A DNA stretch of 64,000 bases from the IMG/VR virus record IMGVR_UViG_3300047312_000104; one strand, 5' to 3'. Made by a program: the position numbers and the translations under genes. Within the stretch, counting starts at the first letter, position 1. Every line of letters starts with the position of its first letter. Below are positions 14,188-25,549 of the stretch, piece by piece. The stretch comes from an uncultured virus (IMG/VR IMGVR_UViG_3300047312_000104) (taxonomy: Duplodnaviria; Heunggongvirae; Uroviricota; Caudoviricetes). The notes under the pieces were generated by a model. That model was given only the letters and a program-made list of their open reading frames with translations, made no database searches and was not told the origin of the DNA.

Positions 14188-14562
14188 TTAGTGGCTAGGG
14201 CAGTACCCTTCCCCGTAGTGGATCGATATGTCGAGATCCTGGGCCCCTACTGAGGCCGAAACGTCAAAGGAGAGGACCTGTCCGGCCTTGGCGAAGAAGT
14301 GCGGGGTTGCCTCGAATATGACCATCTGGGAAGACGATGATCCTGCGATATCGCGTAGACCGGGGACTGGGGTGCCGTCGATCGAGACGGACGCGATCAC
14401 TGACCCGACTCTCGTCTTGAGCCCGCATGATCGAATAAAGATGTCGGCAGGGATCCGACCCTCTACGGTGTACCGCATGATCACCGGAGACGGGATTTGC
14501 CCCGAGAACCCCTTGGAGAGGTCCTGGGCTTGGGCAACCCTTCCGGTGTACTTAAGGGCCAC
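14188..14562 (-). CDS. hypothetical beta-sandwich virion protein
   Basis: 124-aa ORF within structural module. Confidence 0.6.
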   Translation of the reverse strand: MALKYTGRVAQAQDLSKGFSGQIPSPVIMRYTVEGRIPADIFIRSCGLKTRVGSVIASVSIDGTPVPGLRDIAGSSSSQMVIFEATPHFFAKAGQVLSFDVSASVGAQDLDISIHYGEGYCPSH

Positions 14563-14603
14563 AACAGTCTCCCAAGCGGGCCATCTAGTCTACCTTTGGC
14601 CTA

Positions 14604-15047
14604 TTACAAGAGAATGGGCTGATCCAGGATTAGATCGACCGCGTTGGGGTCGAGACTGCGGGCGACCATTTGGACGACCGATCCAGGAGCCGAGGGAGGG
14701 GTTAGGGTCAAGATCCCGGGGGTAGAGTCGGACAAGAAGTATATGCCTCTAGGGGCAAGGGTAGGGGCTGCCTCAGCCGTTACCAGTGTCCAATCGGCCA
14801 CCACCACGATCGCATCGACCGAGATCGAACCACTATCCCCCACAGGGATGTCCTGGGTGGCGAGCCCGATCGCGGCAGTATCGACCGAAGTCGCTATCGC
14901 GAGCAGGACGCCTGTTCCGCTTGGGTGCTGGGTGACCGCCATCCCGTTGAGGATCGGACTAACGTCTCGATTCTGGGTGACGAAAGCCGTCGGGACAGGC
15001 CCAGATGGACCGCTACCGGTAGAAATGTTAGGAGCCCACTGAGCCAT
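14604..15047 (-). CDS. capsid cement/fibre-base-like protein
   Basis: AIGLATQDI...G.YFLS...PG.LT.T.P motif. Confidence 0.65.
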   Translation of the reverse strand: MAQWAPNISTGSGPSGPVPTAFVTQNRDVSPILNGMAVTQHPSGTGVLLAIATSVDTAAIGLATQDIPVGDSGSISVDAIVVVADWTLVTAEAAPTLAPRGIYFLSDSTPGILTLTPPSAPGSVVQMVARSLDPNAVDLILDQPILL

Positions 15048-15293
15048 ACGTAGATGGTACCAGGTCGTTTAAGCCGCGAAAGCCGATATCAAGATTACTT
15101 ACCGGCTAGACGCTTGTAAATCCAGTAGCCGAACGTCCATACGATCTCAATCACAGCCACGAGGGCACAACAGACGATCCCAACGATGGCCGTCCTGAGC
15201 AAGAACTGCGGAAAAGTTTCATGGTGGATGCAGGACATCAGAATGGTCGACCCGAGGAGGCCGACCCAGAATGCTGGCCACGAGATTGGGAGC

Positions 15294-15593
15294 TTACGCA
15301 TCGAGAGGTTCCTTATCGAGATTCCAAAAGTGGGTGTTGGTCGGTGATATATCGACACATTGATTCGGTACTGGCGCGCGGCGCTTACTCAACCAGCCAG
15401 GATTGTCGTCATAGCGATGTTCCCCGGAATACCTCTGGAGCACGAGGTATGACTCAAGCCAGCAATACTTCGGAGAATCCCCGTTGTCGTGATTCCACCC
15501 AATCAAGGTCGGGACCCAGGCGAATCGTTCAATGACCCGAAGGTCACCATGGGCCGGCACAGGTTTACCTAACCATCTCATAAAAGTCTCCAT
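15294..15593 (-). CDS. hypothetical protein
   Basis: FAWVPT...WLESY small phage protein. Confidence 0.6.
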   Translation of the reverse strand: METFMRWLGKPVPAHGDLRVIERFAWVPTLIGWNHDNGDSPKYCWLESYLVLQRYSGEHRYDDNPGWLSKRRAPVPNQCVDISPTNTHFWNLDKEPLDA

Positions 15594-15601
15594 GGAGAGA
15601 G

Positions 15602-16261
15602 TTAGCGGTGCTTAGCGGCAACGCGTTGCGCAACGCAATGCTTGAGAGCCAGACGACGGTACTCGTCCGACGGGTTATCGAGCTGCCGGATGGTCAAAAA
15701 CTTGGTTGGCATCATGGCGACGATCTCGGGGACCTCGTACGGGGCCTTGGTGTACCAGGTCCGGTAGTCACGCATGAGACGGTAAAAGGATAGGTAGGCG
15801 TTGGCGGTCTTGATGTATTGCGGGATCTTCATGGGCAAGTTCCAGCGCTTGATCAGAGCAACCGAACGCTTCTCCGCGTCGTATTCCAACATCCTGGCTG
15901 CCTCGAAGAACTTATCAGCCTGCCGGTCGGTCAACTCGGCACGACGGGACGCCCACGGGAAGATGCGCTCGTACCTAGCATTTTTCCAGATCTTCGTGTT
16001 GTCGATCCACTGGGTACAGTGGGCGAACTCATGGGTGAGGACTGGTAAGAGGGCCTCGACTCCATTCCCGGTAGCGCAACAGAGGATCGGTTCAGTGAGG
16101 GCCTCGAAGTACCCGTGACATTTGATTCCATCCCCTGAGTCGACCCGCTTACCTCGTCTCAAGACAAACTTCACCCCGTGCTTCTCGCACGTTTCATCTA
16201 TATGGAGGAGGAAGCGGGCAGCGGGATGGTCGACCCCGCGGAGTAGGTAGATGTCGCTCAT
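15602..16261 (-). CDS. HExxH zinc metallopeptidase-like protein
   Basis: VLTHEFAHCTQW and downstream LEYDAE. Confidence 0.75.
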   Translation of the reverse strand: MSDIYLLRGVDHPAARFLLHIDETCEKHGVKFVLRRGKRVDSGDGIKCHGYFEALTEPILCCATGNGVEALLPVLTHEFAHCTQWIDNTKIWKNARYERIFPWASRRAELTDRQADKFFEAARMLEYDAEKRSVALIKRWNLPMKIPQYIKTANAYLSFYRLMRDYRTWYTKAPYEVPEIVAMMPTKFLTIRQLDNPSDEYRRLALKHCVAQRVAAKHR

Positions 16262-16291
16262 AGGACCCATGATGGTCGACATGGTTAGAAG

Positions 16292-16846
16292 TCAAGCAGG
16301 TTTACCAACTGTCGTTATGCCATGTGCGCGATTAGCGGCTTGCAGGTAAACCAATGTCGCAGCAACTCCGTCTTCTGTATCACCAAGCTGTCCTATCCCT
16401 AAGTTATGCTTATTGCACAGTAGCCCCCGTACTATGCCTGTTTTATGGTCATGATCAACGAGAAGTGGTCTATCATCACTGTGCGTAACCTCGCACCCAT
16501 TAACTGCGCATCTATAGTCCTGCCGGTCTAAAAGCTCGTTGTACTGGGTTACTGTGAGCCCGTATAGATTTTTAAGTAAATGTTCACGATGTTTTTTAAT
16601 ATCAACTAACTTTTGCTGTTTTGATCGGGCGGCCAAACGCATTTTACTGTAGCACGGGTTGCACATTTCTTTTGCATAATGTAACTTTTTCTTATTACAC
16701 GCTATACAAACACTGAATTTTTCCAGACCAGCGCGCCTAGTCGACCTTAGGTAGCGTTTGTAGCACGACGCACACCTTTCTTTAGCATAGTGTTTTCGCC
16801 GCTTACCGCAAACCTTACAAACACACAATTTTTTAATAGATGACAT
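16292..16846 (-). CDS. endonuclease VII-domain homing endonuclease
   Basis: YGLT..QY..LL..Q...CA...VDHDH.TG.VRGLLC..HN.GIG; AT-rich. Confidence 0.88.
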   Translation of the reverse strand: MSSIKKLCVCKVCGKRRKHYAKERCASCYKRYLRSTRRAGLEKFSVCIACNKKKLHYAKEMCNPCYSKMRLAARSKQQKLVDIKKHREHLLKNLYGLTVTQYNELLDRQDYRCAVNGCEVTHSDDRPLLVDHDHKTGIVRGLLCNKHNLGIGQLGDTEDGVAATLVYLQAANRAHGITTVGKPA

Positions 16847-16848
16847 AA

Positions 16849-17508
16849 TCAAGTTGGAGGAGGCATCACCCAGCAATCCCATGTGTTGGTCGCCAGGAGG
16901 GTGTAGTCAGTCGTAAGTCCGGGAACGTTAAACACTACTGTGTCGTCCGTACCACCTGACGCGATCGTGGCCGAAGCAGTCCGGTCCACGTAATCGGCAG
17001 TATCCGGAATACGCTCCAGAACGAACCACGAGTACGGGGTAACGCCCGTGAAGACCTGACCGGTGAGGGTCATCATCCCCAGGTCAGGAGTGACCACGAT
17101 GGTCTTCCGGACAGGGGCCGACCAAGGGCTCGGGTCCCACCCGAGGGTCGTGGTCGCCAAACTCTCATCCCACCGGTACGCCCCGGGTCTCGGGATGATG
17201 TAGCGCTGGTCGTGTAGGTCCTGGTCGGTGAGGTGCAGATGGACGTGGGGGAGATAGTACGTGTAACGAGGAGTGTGGTCAGGAACGACCCAGACGTTCA
17301 ACAGACCTCTGACGTCCCCAACCTTTCCAATAATATGTCCGACCCCATAGAACCCAGCCGCGGGGGTAAAGGTACTACCAGTAACGGTCCCGGCCGCAGC
17401 GTTGGTCACATACCACGTAGGGGACCCTGGGCACGGATGAACGAGCGTACAGGTCGCGGCGAGCGTTGGGGTAACTACGTATCGATCAAGATACTTAGGG
17501 GCCCCCAT
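16849..17508 (-). CDS. hypothetical virion protein
   Basis: T-rich ORF following He_PIG gene. Confidence 0.65.
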   Translation of the reverse strand: MGAPKYLDRYVVTPTLAATCTLVHPCPGSPTWYVTNAAAGTVTGSTFTPAAGFYGVGHIIGKVGDVRGLLNVWVVPDHTPRYTYYLPHVHLHLTDQDLHDQRYIIPRPGAYRWDESLATTTLGWDPSPWSAPVRKTIVVTPDLGMMTLTGQVFTGVTPYSWFVLERIPDTADYVDRTASATIASGGTDDTVVFNVPGLTTDYTLLATNTWDCWVMPPPT

Positions 17509-17529
17509 TAGTGCGCAACCAAGCATCTA

Positions 17530-20500
17530 TTACCAACTCTTTGGTTTCGTATCAACGGCGGTGTAATCGAGGTAGCTGATGCAGTTCGGGTTCTGGCGTC
17601 TAGCGTCCTTGTCGAACCAGATCCTTTGGATCGAATCTGATGCGGCCGGGGTCTGGACTGTCCCGAAGAACATACCGGCGGCTGGCCAATTGTCTAGCCA
17701 GTCCTCGATGGTGGTGAGGTAGTCACCGGTATCGGTGGTGTTCCAATACCCATACCGGTGACCGGGCAGATCGTTGGCCGGACCAAGCTGGGCTTCCAGG
17801 ACCAAGTAGTACTCGCCTAAGAAATCAGGAACCGCCGGGAGGTTGGAGATGTCTTGGGTTGCGTAGGGGACGATGGTCAGCAAGTAGTACTGGGCACCTC
17901 CTCCGCCGGTATTGGACACAACAGTCTGGGGGGTCGACCCGAGCAGGGCCGCGTTCCTGAACGTAACTGTCTGGTCTCCCCCAATGGCCGCCCTAGTCAC
18001 GCACGAACCGGTTGCCCCGAAGGCTAGCGTGGAACCAGAATACACCGCAGGGATTGGGCGGACCACCTGGAGGCCAGAGAGCCAAGGGGACGGGAGGACC
18101 AGCGTGGGGGTGAACGATACAGCGGTGGTACCAGAGATTGCTACTTTGCCCCACCCAGACCCCTGAGTGATGCGGCCATCCAAGGCACTGTAGACCTCGA
18201 TGGTGATCTCTTGAGACCTAACGGTGGCGTCGGGCCCTGTGACGGAGATGGTTGGAGTATAGGTGGCGGGCGATGTCGGGACACCTGAGATGACCCCCGA
18301 GTCAGCGTCGAGGGTTAACCCGGTCGGCATCCCTGAGGCACTCCATTGGATCCGGCCTGGGACCGGCTGTTCGGTCGTGAGCTTCCAAACAATCGATGGA
18401 CCAGGCCCGCCAGTCCCGTCACATCCGGTTCCGTAGAAGACTGGTGAGGAGAGGACTTGGACCAACCTGAGCCGAACTAGGACCGTGTGGGAGAAAGTCC
18501 CTCTCGTTACCTGGACCGACACATCAGCGAAGTCTTCGAGGGTAATGGCCCCTGGGGTCCAAGTGCCGGATATAAGGGGCCCGGAACTACTGAGGCCACT
18601 CGGGAGGCCCGTGATGGTGTAGGTGGTGACCTCCCCGATGGTCTCCACCAGGTACTCGAATGGCTGCCCCGCATATGCGGTCGCGGACGCTGGCGAGGTC
18701 ACGTAGAGCTCATCAGCAAACACCCCAGGGGGCAAGACCGTGATGGTGAGCGTTTGGGTATCGGTCCCGCCCCCGAGCCCAGTCGTGGCTATCCCGAACC
18801 TGTACCCAACCCAGCGGGCCACCAGTTTGACCCCGAAGGCCCCTTGCCTGATCGGGACTCCGCGGATCACGCCGGTCTTGGCATCCAAGAACATCCCAGG
18901 GGGGAGCCCTTCGGCGGCAATCTCATCCGGGGCGCGCTTCCACCCACCAGTGTTGTTGAACCAGTCGATCCTCACAGCTGACTCGCGACCGCACCGGATC
19001 TCGGAATTCTCAAACGAGTATGAGGCCGAGAAGGCCCCCACGAGTGCGATTGGGTAATAGTCCGTCGTGGCCCCCTCGACATGGGTAGCGGTCACCCTGG
19101 GGTATTGGGGCCCGAGACCACTGGGGGTCCCCGTGAGGGCCCCGGTCGAACCTGAGATCGATAGCCCAGTAGGGAGTCCAGTGGCGGCCCACGTGGCCCC
19201 GTTGGCCCATGGGCGGGCGATGGTCCCGGCCCAACTCATCGCTGCCTTGACGTTCGTCTTGGTCCCCACTGGGGCGAAGTAGTTGTAGTTATGGAGGGTA
19301 CGGACGAGCGAGATGGAGAAGAAGAAGGTGTTGCCCTGCCCAACGTGCCCAGCATCGATCGTCGGGCTAACGGGGAAGTTGGTCCGGTCCCACGTGAGGT
19401 TGGTGAGACGAACGTAAACCCCGTACTCGGTCACGAGGCTGAGGAATGATTCGGCCGTAATCCTAGTCGTGAGGGTATCACCAAAGTTCGTCAGCAACAT
19501 CCCATTGGTGGCCGTGGGGTCGAACGCGACCGAATGGCTGAACGTATCAAGGATTGTGACGGTATCGGTCGAGTAGTCGTACAGGATGACTTCTATGTCG
19601 AACGTGATGGTGGTCGAGGTGGACGCGAACGAGGTCGTGTTGGTCCCATCGTAGTTGATGTAGAACCCACCGATGTGGAGCGCACAGTTGACCAATTCCC
19701 TAAACGGTACCTGGGTGACGGTCGGGGCCGTGATAGCGACGTGGTTCCCATCAAAGTTAGTTACGGCAAACGTAGTGGTGTTGTTCAGCCCAGTCCTGAT
19801 GGTACTGGCGCCGGTGTTTTGAATTGACCCATTGACCAGAAAGGCTGCTTCGTCAAACGTGTGGATGGTGTCGAGGACCGGCCCGCCCCCTGGGTCGATA
19901 CAGAACCGCTGGGCCTGCATCTCGGCCAGGACGATCAGGGGGAAGTTGGTACCCTTGAGGTACTGCCATTTGTAATCATTGAACGCCACGCTGTATCCGG
20001 CGGCTGGCGTATAGCTGCTAGGCAGGGGGACCAGGGGGAATGTGAATGAGGTGTAGTTGGATTCCCCGCCGATCGCAGACGAACTGAAAGTCTTGTAGGG
20101 GGCCGCCGGGACAGACCCGTAGGTGGTTGAGCTATTGACCGACACGTTCATGGGCGCATCACGGATCGACAGAGTCGTCTCGTCGCACAGCACTTGCTTG
20201 TCGGAGAACCAATGACGGTCTGGCCACATTCCCCAACTGGGACCCCAGGTGACCACGTGGTTGGTGGAGCATGTCACCACGTCCACTCCCGCGCTAGAGA
20301 GTGGCTGGTTGGTACCCCACCGGAACGGATATGGGCCGTACGATGGCTGAGGGACTGTTGGTTCAGAATAGTCGATGTAGGGGTACTCGATACCCGCTAT
20401 CCTGTTATCGATCATGAATGCCGTGAACCCGTTCGTGAACGAGTACTTCCAATTCCTACCCGGGATCGGGCCATCGAGGGGTTCCCCGTAACCGGTCGGG

Positions 20501-21798
20501 AGACAGAGGGTGAAGATGGGCAAGAGGGTGAACCCGGCCCCACTGACATCTATGGTGTCGTCATCCGGGGTAGAGGTTTGCTGGAATGCACAGCTGGAAT
20601 AGTAGTTGCTCCACACGGCCGTTATGGTGTCGTCGAGCGGGTACTCCCACCGGGCCATCGTCCCGGTCCCGACCTCGGTCGCGACTGGACTGATTGATCC
20701 GCCGGTCGGAATAGAACCCACGACCGACAAGGGGGCCACCTGGAGGGTATCGGTGGCGAACTTGTACATCCGGAGGGTATCGTCGCGGAATATCCAGAAG
20801 TACCCGAAGTCAGCCCCGTACTGACCACCCCTGATATCGTGCCCGGAACGGTTCGTGGGGATAGGGGGGTAGAGGGAGAGGTCGATCTGCTGGTAGGTCA
20901 ACCCGGCCACGTCCTCGAACTTGATCGGGTCCTGGCGGAGGAGCCAGTTGGTGGTCCCTGGTTTGGCTAAGAGGTCTGAACCGAAGAATTGATCAACGTC
21001 ACCAGCGGTCAACGCGGTCGAGGCATCAATCGCGGTCCGCTCCCATAGTTGAAGCTCGCACACGTACCTGAGGAGTCCCACTTGGAGGGGGACGGCGCAG
21101 CAGAGGTAGAGGTGGCCGTCGTCGGTCCACACGAGCGGCATCGCCCCAGGGGAGAGGTCGCGGAGTCGTGGACGGAGGTCAGTATCGAAGGACCCAACGA
21201 GCTTGCAGGTAGGGGTATGGTCGGTCCCGTACTGGGACCCTCCCCCGGAGAGCTCGCAGTACTGCTTGAGCATCTTCCACCGGATCCCGTGGACGATCGT
21301 GTCATCGGTGAACCACCCCACTGGGGTCGTGGGGTCCGTCACCACATCATCGGTTGGACCAGGCGCCGTGGGGGTACCAGCCATGGTGGCGGACCAATCC
21401 ACCAGCATCTCGTGGATCGACCTAGCCTCCGAGTCAGGAGCGGTCCCGGGGGTGAACGTTGAGGCGTTGAGGGCCCTGGAACCTTCCTGGACGTAGTACC
21501 CGGACCCGTCCTTGTAGGACCCCTGGGGCCCTACCCTCGTGGTGACCACTGGGAGGGCCCTGGCGGCCATCGAATCGATGTTGGTATACGTGGTAGCGAA
21601 ACCGGAGAGATCGCTCGCTAGCGTGGTCTGGAACGCCACGAAAGCGTCAGCGGAGACGATTGTGTAGCCACGGTTGGCGTCGTACAGGATCGAGGGCTGG
21701 TCGATCTCAGGGAGGGCAAAGTCGCCCGAGACCACGGTCGAGACAGGCGGGATCGGGCAAACCAGCTCTATTAGCTCAGGGGGGAGTTGGGTCGGCAC
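17530..21798 (-). CDS. large virion protein with putative Ig (He_PIG) repeats
   Basis: 1422 aa; four GLP.GL......G.I.G.P repeats. Confidence 0.85.
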   Translation of the reverse strand: MPTQLPPELIELVCPIPPVSTVVSGDFALPEIDQPSILYDANRGYTIVSADAFVAFQTTLASDLSGFATTYTNIDSMAARALPVVTTRVGPQGSYKDGSGYYVQEGSRALNASTFTPGTAPDSEARSIHEMLVDWSATMAGTPTAPGPTDDVVTDPTTPVGWFTDDTIVHGIRWKMLKQYCELSGGGSQYGTDHTPTCKLVGSFDTDLRPRLRDLSPGAMPLVWTDDGHLYLCCAVPLQVGLLRYVCELQLWERTAIDASTALTAGDVDQFFGSDLLAKPGTTNWLLRQDPIKFEDVAGLTYQQIDLSLYPPIPTNRSGHDIRGGQYGADFGYFWIFRDDTLRMYKFATDTLQVAPLSVVGSIPTGGSISPVATEVGTGTMARWEYPLDDTITAVWSNYYSSCAFQQTSTPDDDTIDVSGAGFTLLPIFTLCLPTGYGEPLDGPIPGRNWKYSFTNGFTAFMIDNRIAGIEYPYIDYSEPTVPQPSYGPYPFRWGTNQPLSSAGVDVVTCSTNHVVTWGPSWGMWPDRHWFSDKQVLCDETTLSIRDAPMNVSVNSSTTYGSVPAAPYKTFSSSAIGGESNYTSFTFPLVPLPSSYTPAAGYSVAFNDYKWQYLKGTNFPLIVLAEMQAQRFCIDPGGGPVLDTIHTFDEAAFLVNGSIQNTGASTIRTGLNNTTTFAVTNFDGNHVAITAPTVTQVPFRELVNCALHIGGFYINYDGTNTTSFASTSTTITFDIEVILYDYSTDTVTILDTFSHSVAFDPTATNGMLLTNFGDTLTTRITAESFLSLVTEYGVYVRLTNLTWDRTNFPVSPTIDAGHVGQGNTFFFSISLVRTLHNYNYFAPVGTKTNVKAAMSWAGTIARPWANGATWAATGLPTGLSISGSTGALTGTPSGLGPQYPRVTATHVEGATTDYYPIALVGAFSASYSFENSEIRCGRESAVRIDWFNNTGGWKRAPDEIAAEGLPPGMFLDAKTGVIRGVPIRQGAFGVKLVARWVGYRFGIATTGLGGGTDTQTLTITVLPPGVFADELYVTSPASATAYAGQPFEYLVETIGEVTTYTITGLPSGLSSSGPLISGTWTPGAITLEDFADVSVQVTRGTFSHTVLVRLRLVQVLSSPVFYGTGCDGTGGPGPSIVWKLTTEQPVPGRIQWSASGMPTGLTLDADSGVISGVPTSPATYTPTISVTGPDATVRSQEITIEVYSALDGRITQGSGWGKVAISGTTAVSFTPTLVLPSPWLSGLQVVRPIPAVYSGSTLAFGATGSCVTRAAIGGDQTVTFRNAALLGSTPQTVVSNTGGGGAQYYLLTIVPYATQDISNLPAVPDFLGEYYLVLEAQLGPANDLPGHRYGYWNTTDTGDYLTTIEDWLDNWPAAGMFFGTVQTPAASDSIQRIWFDKDARRQNPNCISYLDYTAVDTKPKSW

Positions 21799-22893
21799 AG
21801 CCTAATCTTGTCAGGCCCCTAGATGGTTGCCAGCTTCAGCCGCACCACCGAATGGTTTGTTCCGGTCAGGCCGCGGATCGATCCCCTGGGCGACTTGCTC
21901 ACGCATGTAGGCCAGGAGGTTGGCGACGGGGTTCCAGTCCGGGTAGATGACGGGCCGGTCTTCGGCAGGGAGGAGGTCGAACAGGGAGGTCTGGTGAGGT
22001 TCCATCACGACTCCGGGAGGTCTAGGAAGCGGGCCGCGAGGGCGACCAGGTGGGTGGGGGACTCAAGGGTCCCCAGGGGGATCCTAATGATCCGTGAGGT
22101 CGGGATATGGTGGAGGCACAAAACCAGCTGGTCATCAGGGGCGAGATAGAAGGCCACTGCGCCCAACATGTGGCCTACAAGGGTACCGTCCATGGCTTCA
22201 CGGTAGATCTGGCCAACGGATTGGTTGGGGGACCAGTTAGTCAAAATACTTGCCGATTACCCAAATCGAGAAGGCACCACAGATAGTGATAGTGCAAACC
22301 ATCAAAGCCGCCGCAGCCTCTGGGTTCAATGTAATGTTCACTTGGGCTCCTCTGGCTTATTGGGTTTGAGGGCATCAAGGGCCTGGGCGGTTTTCTGCTC
22401 AGGAGTCTTCTGGGTCAGTTTGGGATTAGCCTGCTCAGCCTCGGTGGGTTCCACCACCCCATACTTGGCCATTGGGGGATCCTGGGGGTCACTTGGAAGC
22501 ATCTGGTGCCTTCGGGGGGCTGATCTGGTCGATCTCGTTTTGGAGGATATTAAGGTCCACCTCGACCGCCTGCGCCATCTGGAGGCAACCCCTGGTGACC
22601 CCTTGGAGTTGGGCGTCTATCTTCTCTATCTGGATGTTTAGCTTCTTCTGCGTTTCCAAGACGCCCTTCAACTTGTGGTCGGTCATCCAGACCAACACGC
22701 AGAGGACGAGAACGAGGACAAGGTTTAGGTAATCGAGGGCGCGGGTCATTTGTTTTTCTCGGTGGTTAGGAGGAGGACTTGGATCTCAAGCGCGTCTATG
22801 CGGGCCTGGAGTTTGGCGGTTTCGTCGGTCAACTGAAGGACGTTGTCGGCTAGCTGTCCGACCATACTGGACAGCCAGCTGAGATATTCAGCA

Positions 22894-23307
22894 TCATTCA
22901 TTGGTACACCCTTCGTCGTGGGCATTGGCCCCGAACCCGCACATGTAGAAGTCCATATAGGAGTAGTTCTTATCGTCCGCGGTGGACCATATGGCAGCCA
23001 AGATGTCACCCCAGGCACGGTACGAGAATGTCGCGATGGTCCCATCAGCGAACAAGGGGACCCCGGCGGGCCCATGTTGGTGCCAGTCGGCCCCGTGGCG
23101 GATATTGCACTTTACTACATCGACCCGGAATGACTCGGCGTACTCCCTAGTTCGATTGTTGGCTGGGTCGTTGAGTCCCATCTGGTCCAGATAGTCGGAC
23201 CACCTGAGACCCTCATGGAACCAGCCCCCCATACCCCCAAGGCCGTTCTCCTCGTGAGAGTCAGCCTCGGCGTATGGGATCCACTGGATTACGACCGAGT
23301 CATCCAC
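22894..23307 (-). CDS. hypothetical protein
   Basis: TFSYRAWGDILAAIW...YMDFYM. Confidence 0.65.
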   Translation of the reverse strand: MDDSVVIQWIPYAEADSHEENGLGGMGGWFHEGLRWSDYLDQMGLNDPANNRTREYAESFRVDVVKCNIRHGADWHQHGPAGVPLFADGTIATFSYRAWGDILAAIWSTADDKNYSYMDFYMCGFGANAHDEGCTNE

Positions 23308-24046
23308 GGGTCACCAGCACTCGATCTTGGCTTCACGGAACAGATCGGCGGTGCCGTCGTCTTCGACCCACTCGCCCGCCCACAGGGCGATCGAGTCGCG
23401 GTAGTGTTCGGCCTGCTGGTACGAGACGAACTTCTTGGCGCCCTCAACCGTGGGTGAATCTAGGAGTTGGTCATCCCACATGTCGCTATAGTCGTCGAAC
23501 GAATCATCGGCGGCAAATAGGCCATTGGGGAGATGGATGATGTACATGGTAGCCTTTAGTTAGGGTAGGTCGACGACTGTAGTGTCGCCTGACTTATCGT
23601 CAAGATCATCTTCCGACAAAGGGTCCATATCGACGGTCTCAGCTTCCTCGAAGGCGATCTGTTGGGGCGGCTTGGTCAGATGAAGAGGAGGGGGCCCAAG
23701 GGGTCCTTCGGTGGTTCCTCCGAGGGTCCCGATGTCGAGCCCGAGCGGCAAGAGGAACCGCTGGGCGCGCATTAACAAAATGTCGGTCTGCTCGCCGCAC
23801 ACGGCCTTGGTCCACGGTTCCGTGATGGTGGTCCGGAAGCGCAGCATCAAAGTAGCGGCTTCCTCGACCGTATACTTCCCAGCGTCCACCATGGAGGCCA
23901 GACTGTAGAGGAACCTAGTGGGGATATAGTTGATGACCGGATCCTCGTCCCGCTGCTCAGACAGTGGATACCGGATCTCACGGATCTGAGCGGCTTTCCG
24001 CATCAGGGCCGAATACTCTTTAGGGGTAAAGACTGGGAGTTCGGGT

Positions 24047-24445
24047 TCAGACACGCAAGGCTCCAGTGATGGGCTCAATGGCCATTTTAGAAAAGTGAAC
24101 AAGACTATTGAGGTGGCTGAACGTCCGGGATAAAACCCGCTCGGACTCCTCGATGTCGAAAGCGACGCTAATCCGCGTACTACATGCGCCACGTTCGAAA
24201 TTGAGTTCGATCGCAAGACGAAACTGATGATACTCCTGCTGATTCCCCACACCAGTTTCGTACGTTAGAAAAATATCAGTCTCACCGTGTGTTATTCTGT
24301 ACTGCACGATACGGATGAGGGTATCGGTCATATCGTGATAGGTTTCGGCGTAATCAACCAAATCGCAGTGCTTAATGCCACCTCTGTCCAACACCCCTAC
24401 GACTTTTGGGGGAAGAATAGTGCGCCAACCAGCGACAACCGGCAT
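24047..24445 (-). CDS. hypothetical protein
   Basis: follows CTTGACT promoter-like motif; GTGA overlap with next gene. Confidence 0.6.
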   Translation of the reverse strand: MPVVAGWRTILPPKVVGVLDRGGIKHCDLVDYAETYHDMTDTLIRIVQYRITHGETDIFLTYETGVGNQQEYHQFRLAIELNFERGACSTRISVAFDIEESERVLSRTFSHLNSLVHFSKMAIEPITGALRV

Positions 24446-24497
24446 AAGTGACCCTCGACCAACAGCGTCTGGATCCGCCTGCTAAGTCAAGCGATCG

Positions 24498-25208
24498 TCA
24501 GAGGACGTACCCTAGCCCGGTCGCTTCGGCGGTGGTGAACGGGGCAAACGCGGCAAATGCCGGCCCCCCGCCGTTCACGCCAGGGCCCGGCCTGAGGTGC
24601 CGGTGATCTTGGATACCGGCGCCCTGGATGACCCACGTGTACAGATACCCAGACGGGATCCCGACCACTGCTGAGGCGGGGACACGGGTGAAGCACGCGA
24701 CCATTGTCTCGGCACTGACGAGTGCTGGGGTCCCTACCACGACTGGGAGGTAGCCCAACTGGGGCGATACCGTGTTACCCGCTACGTCGCTGAACAGCAG
24801 CTTGGCGAATTCGCCCTGGAGGACTTCCTTGACGGTATCGGGCCAACGTTCCACCACTGCGGCGAGGATCGGGAGACTGATGACGATCGACTGACAAGTG
24901 GTGGCGGGCCCGGTCGATACCAGGTCACGCCGGACGATCACTCGCGGCTGAACATCAGGGGTCAGGACCGGGACAGTCCCGACGGTGTGCCAGAAGGCAA
25001 GCTTGGCCGCATAGATGGGACATGGGATCGCGTTGGGGAGCATTACCCGTGCGACCCCGAGCTCTACCCCGTCCCCGATCGCTGGCCACGTGTCCTCGCG
25101 GGCATAGGTGACCAGCGCCCCTTTCTCACCCGCAGGGGACGCATCCGAGGTATCCTCGATGATGGTCCCAGTTAGGCGCCCACGGAACAGGGTCTGGTCT
25201 GAGCTCAT
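24498..25208 (-). CDS. hypothetical protein
   Basis: 236-aa ORF. Confidence 0.65.
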   Translation of the reverse strand: MSSDQTLFRGRLTGTIIEDTSDASPAGEKGALVTYAREDTWPAIGDGVELGVARVMLPNAIPCPIYAAKLAFWHTVGTVPVLTPDVQPRVIVRRDLVSTGPATTCQSIVISLPILAAVVERWPDTVKEVLQGEFAKLLFSDVAGNTVSPQLGYLPVVVGTPALVSAETMVACFTRVPASAVVGIPSGYLYTWVIQGAGIQDHRHLRPGPGVNGGGPAFAAFAPFTTAEATGLGYVL

Positions 25209-25549
25209 ATGAGGACCTTACCAGCGAGTGTGGGCAGGATCCAGGATAGGACGGCCCGACCAACTCACGGCCGGGTAGTAGGTGGCGACGAGGTTGCACT
25301 GGCCGTCATAAATCCCCACGGCGTACATCCGCTGGGCACCAATCCCGGCCCTACACTCTACCCAGGCGATGACGGCCAAGGTCTGCCAGACCTCACTCCA
25401 GATGGGCGTGACCTCGTAGAGCTTCACGCAGGCACGGTAGCAACGATAGTAGGAGAAACATTGCCGGAGGGCCCAAGCGGCCTGGTACAGGACAACGAAA
25501 CTCAGGAACCCCAGGATACCCAAAAAGCCCCATTGGGCGAGCGCGGTGA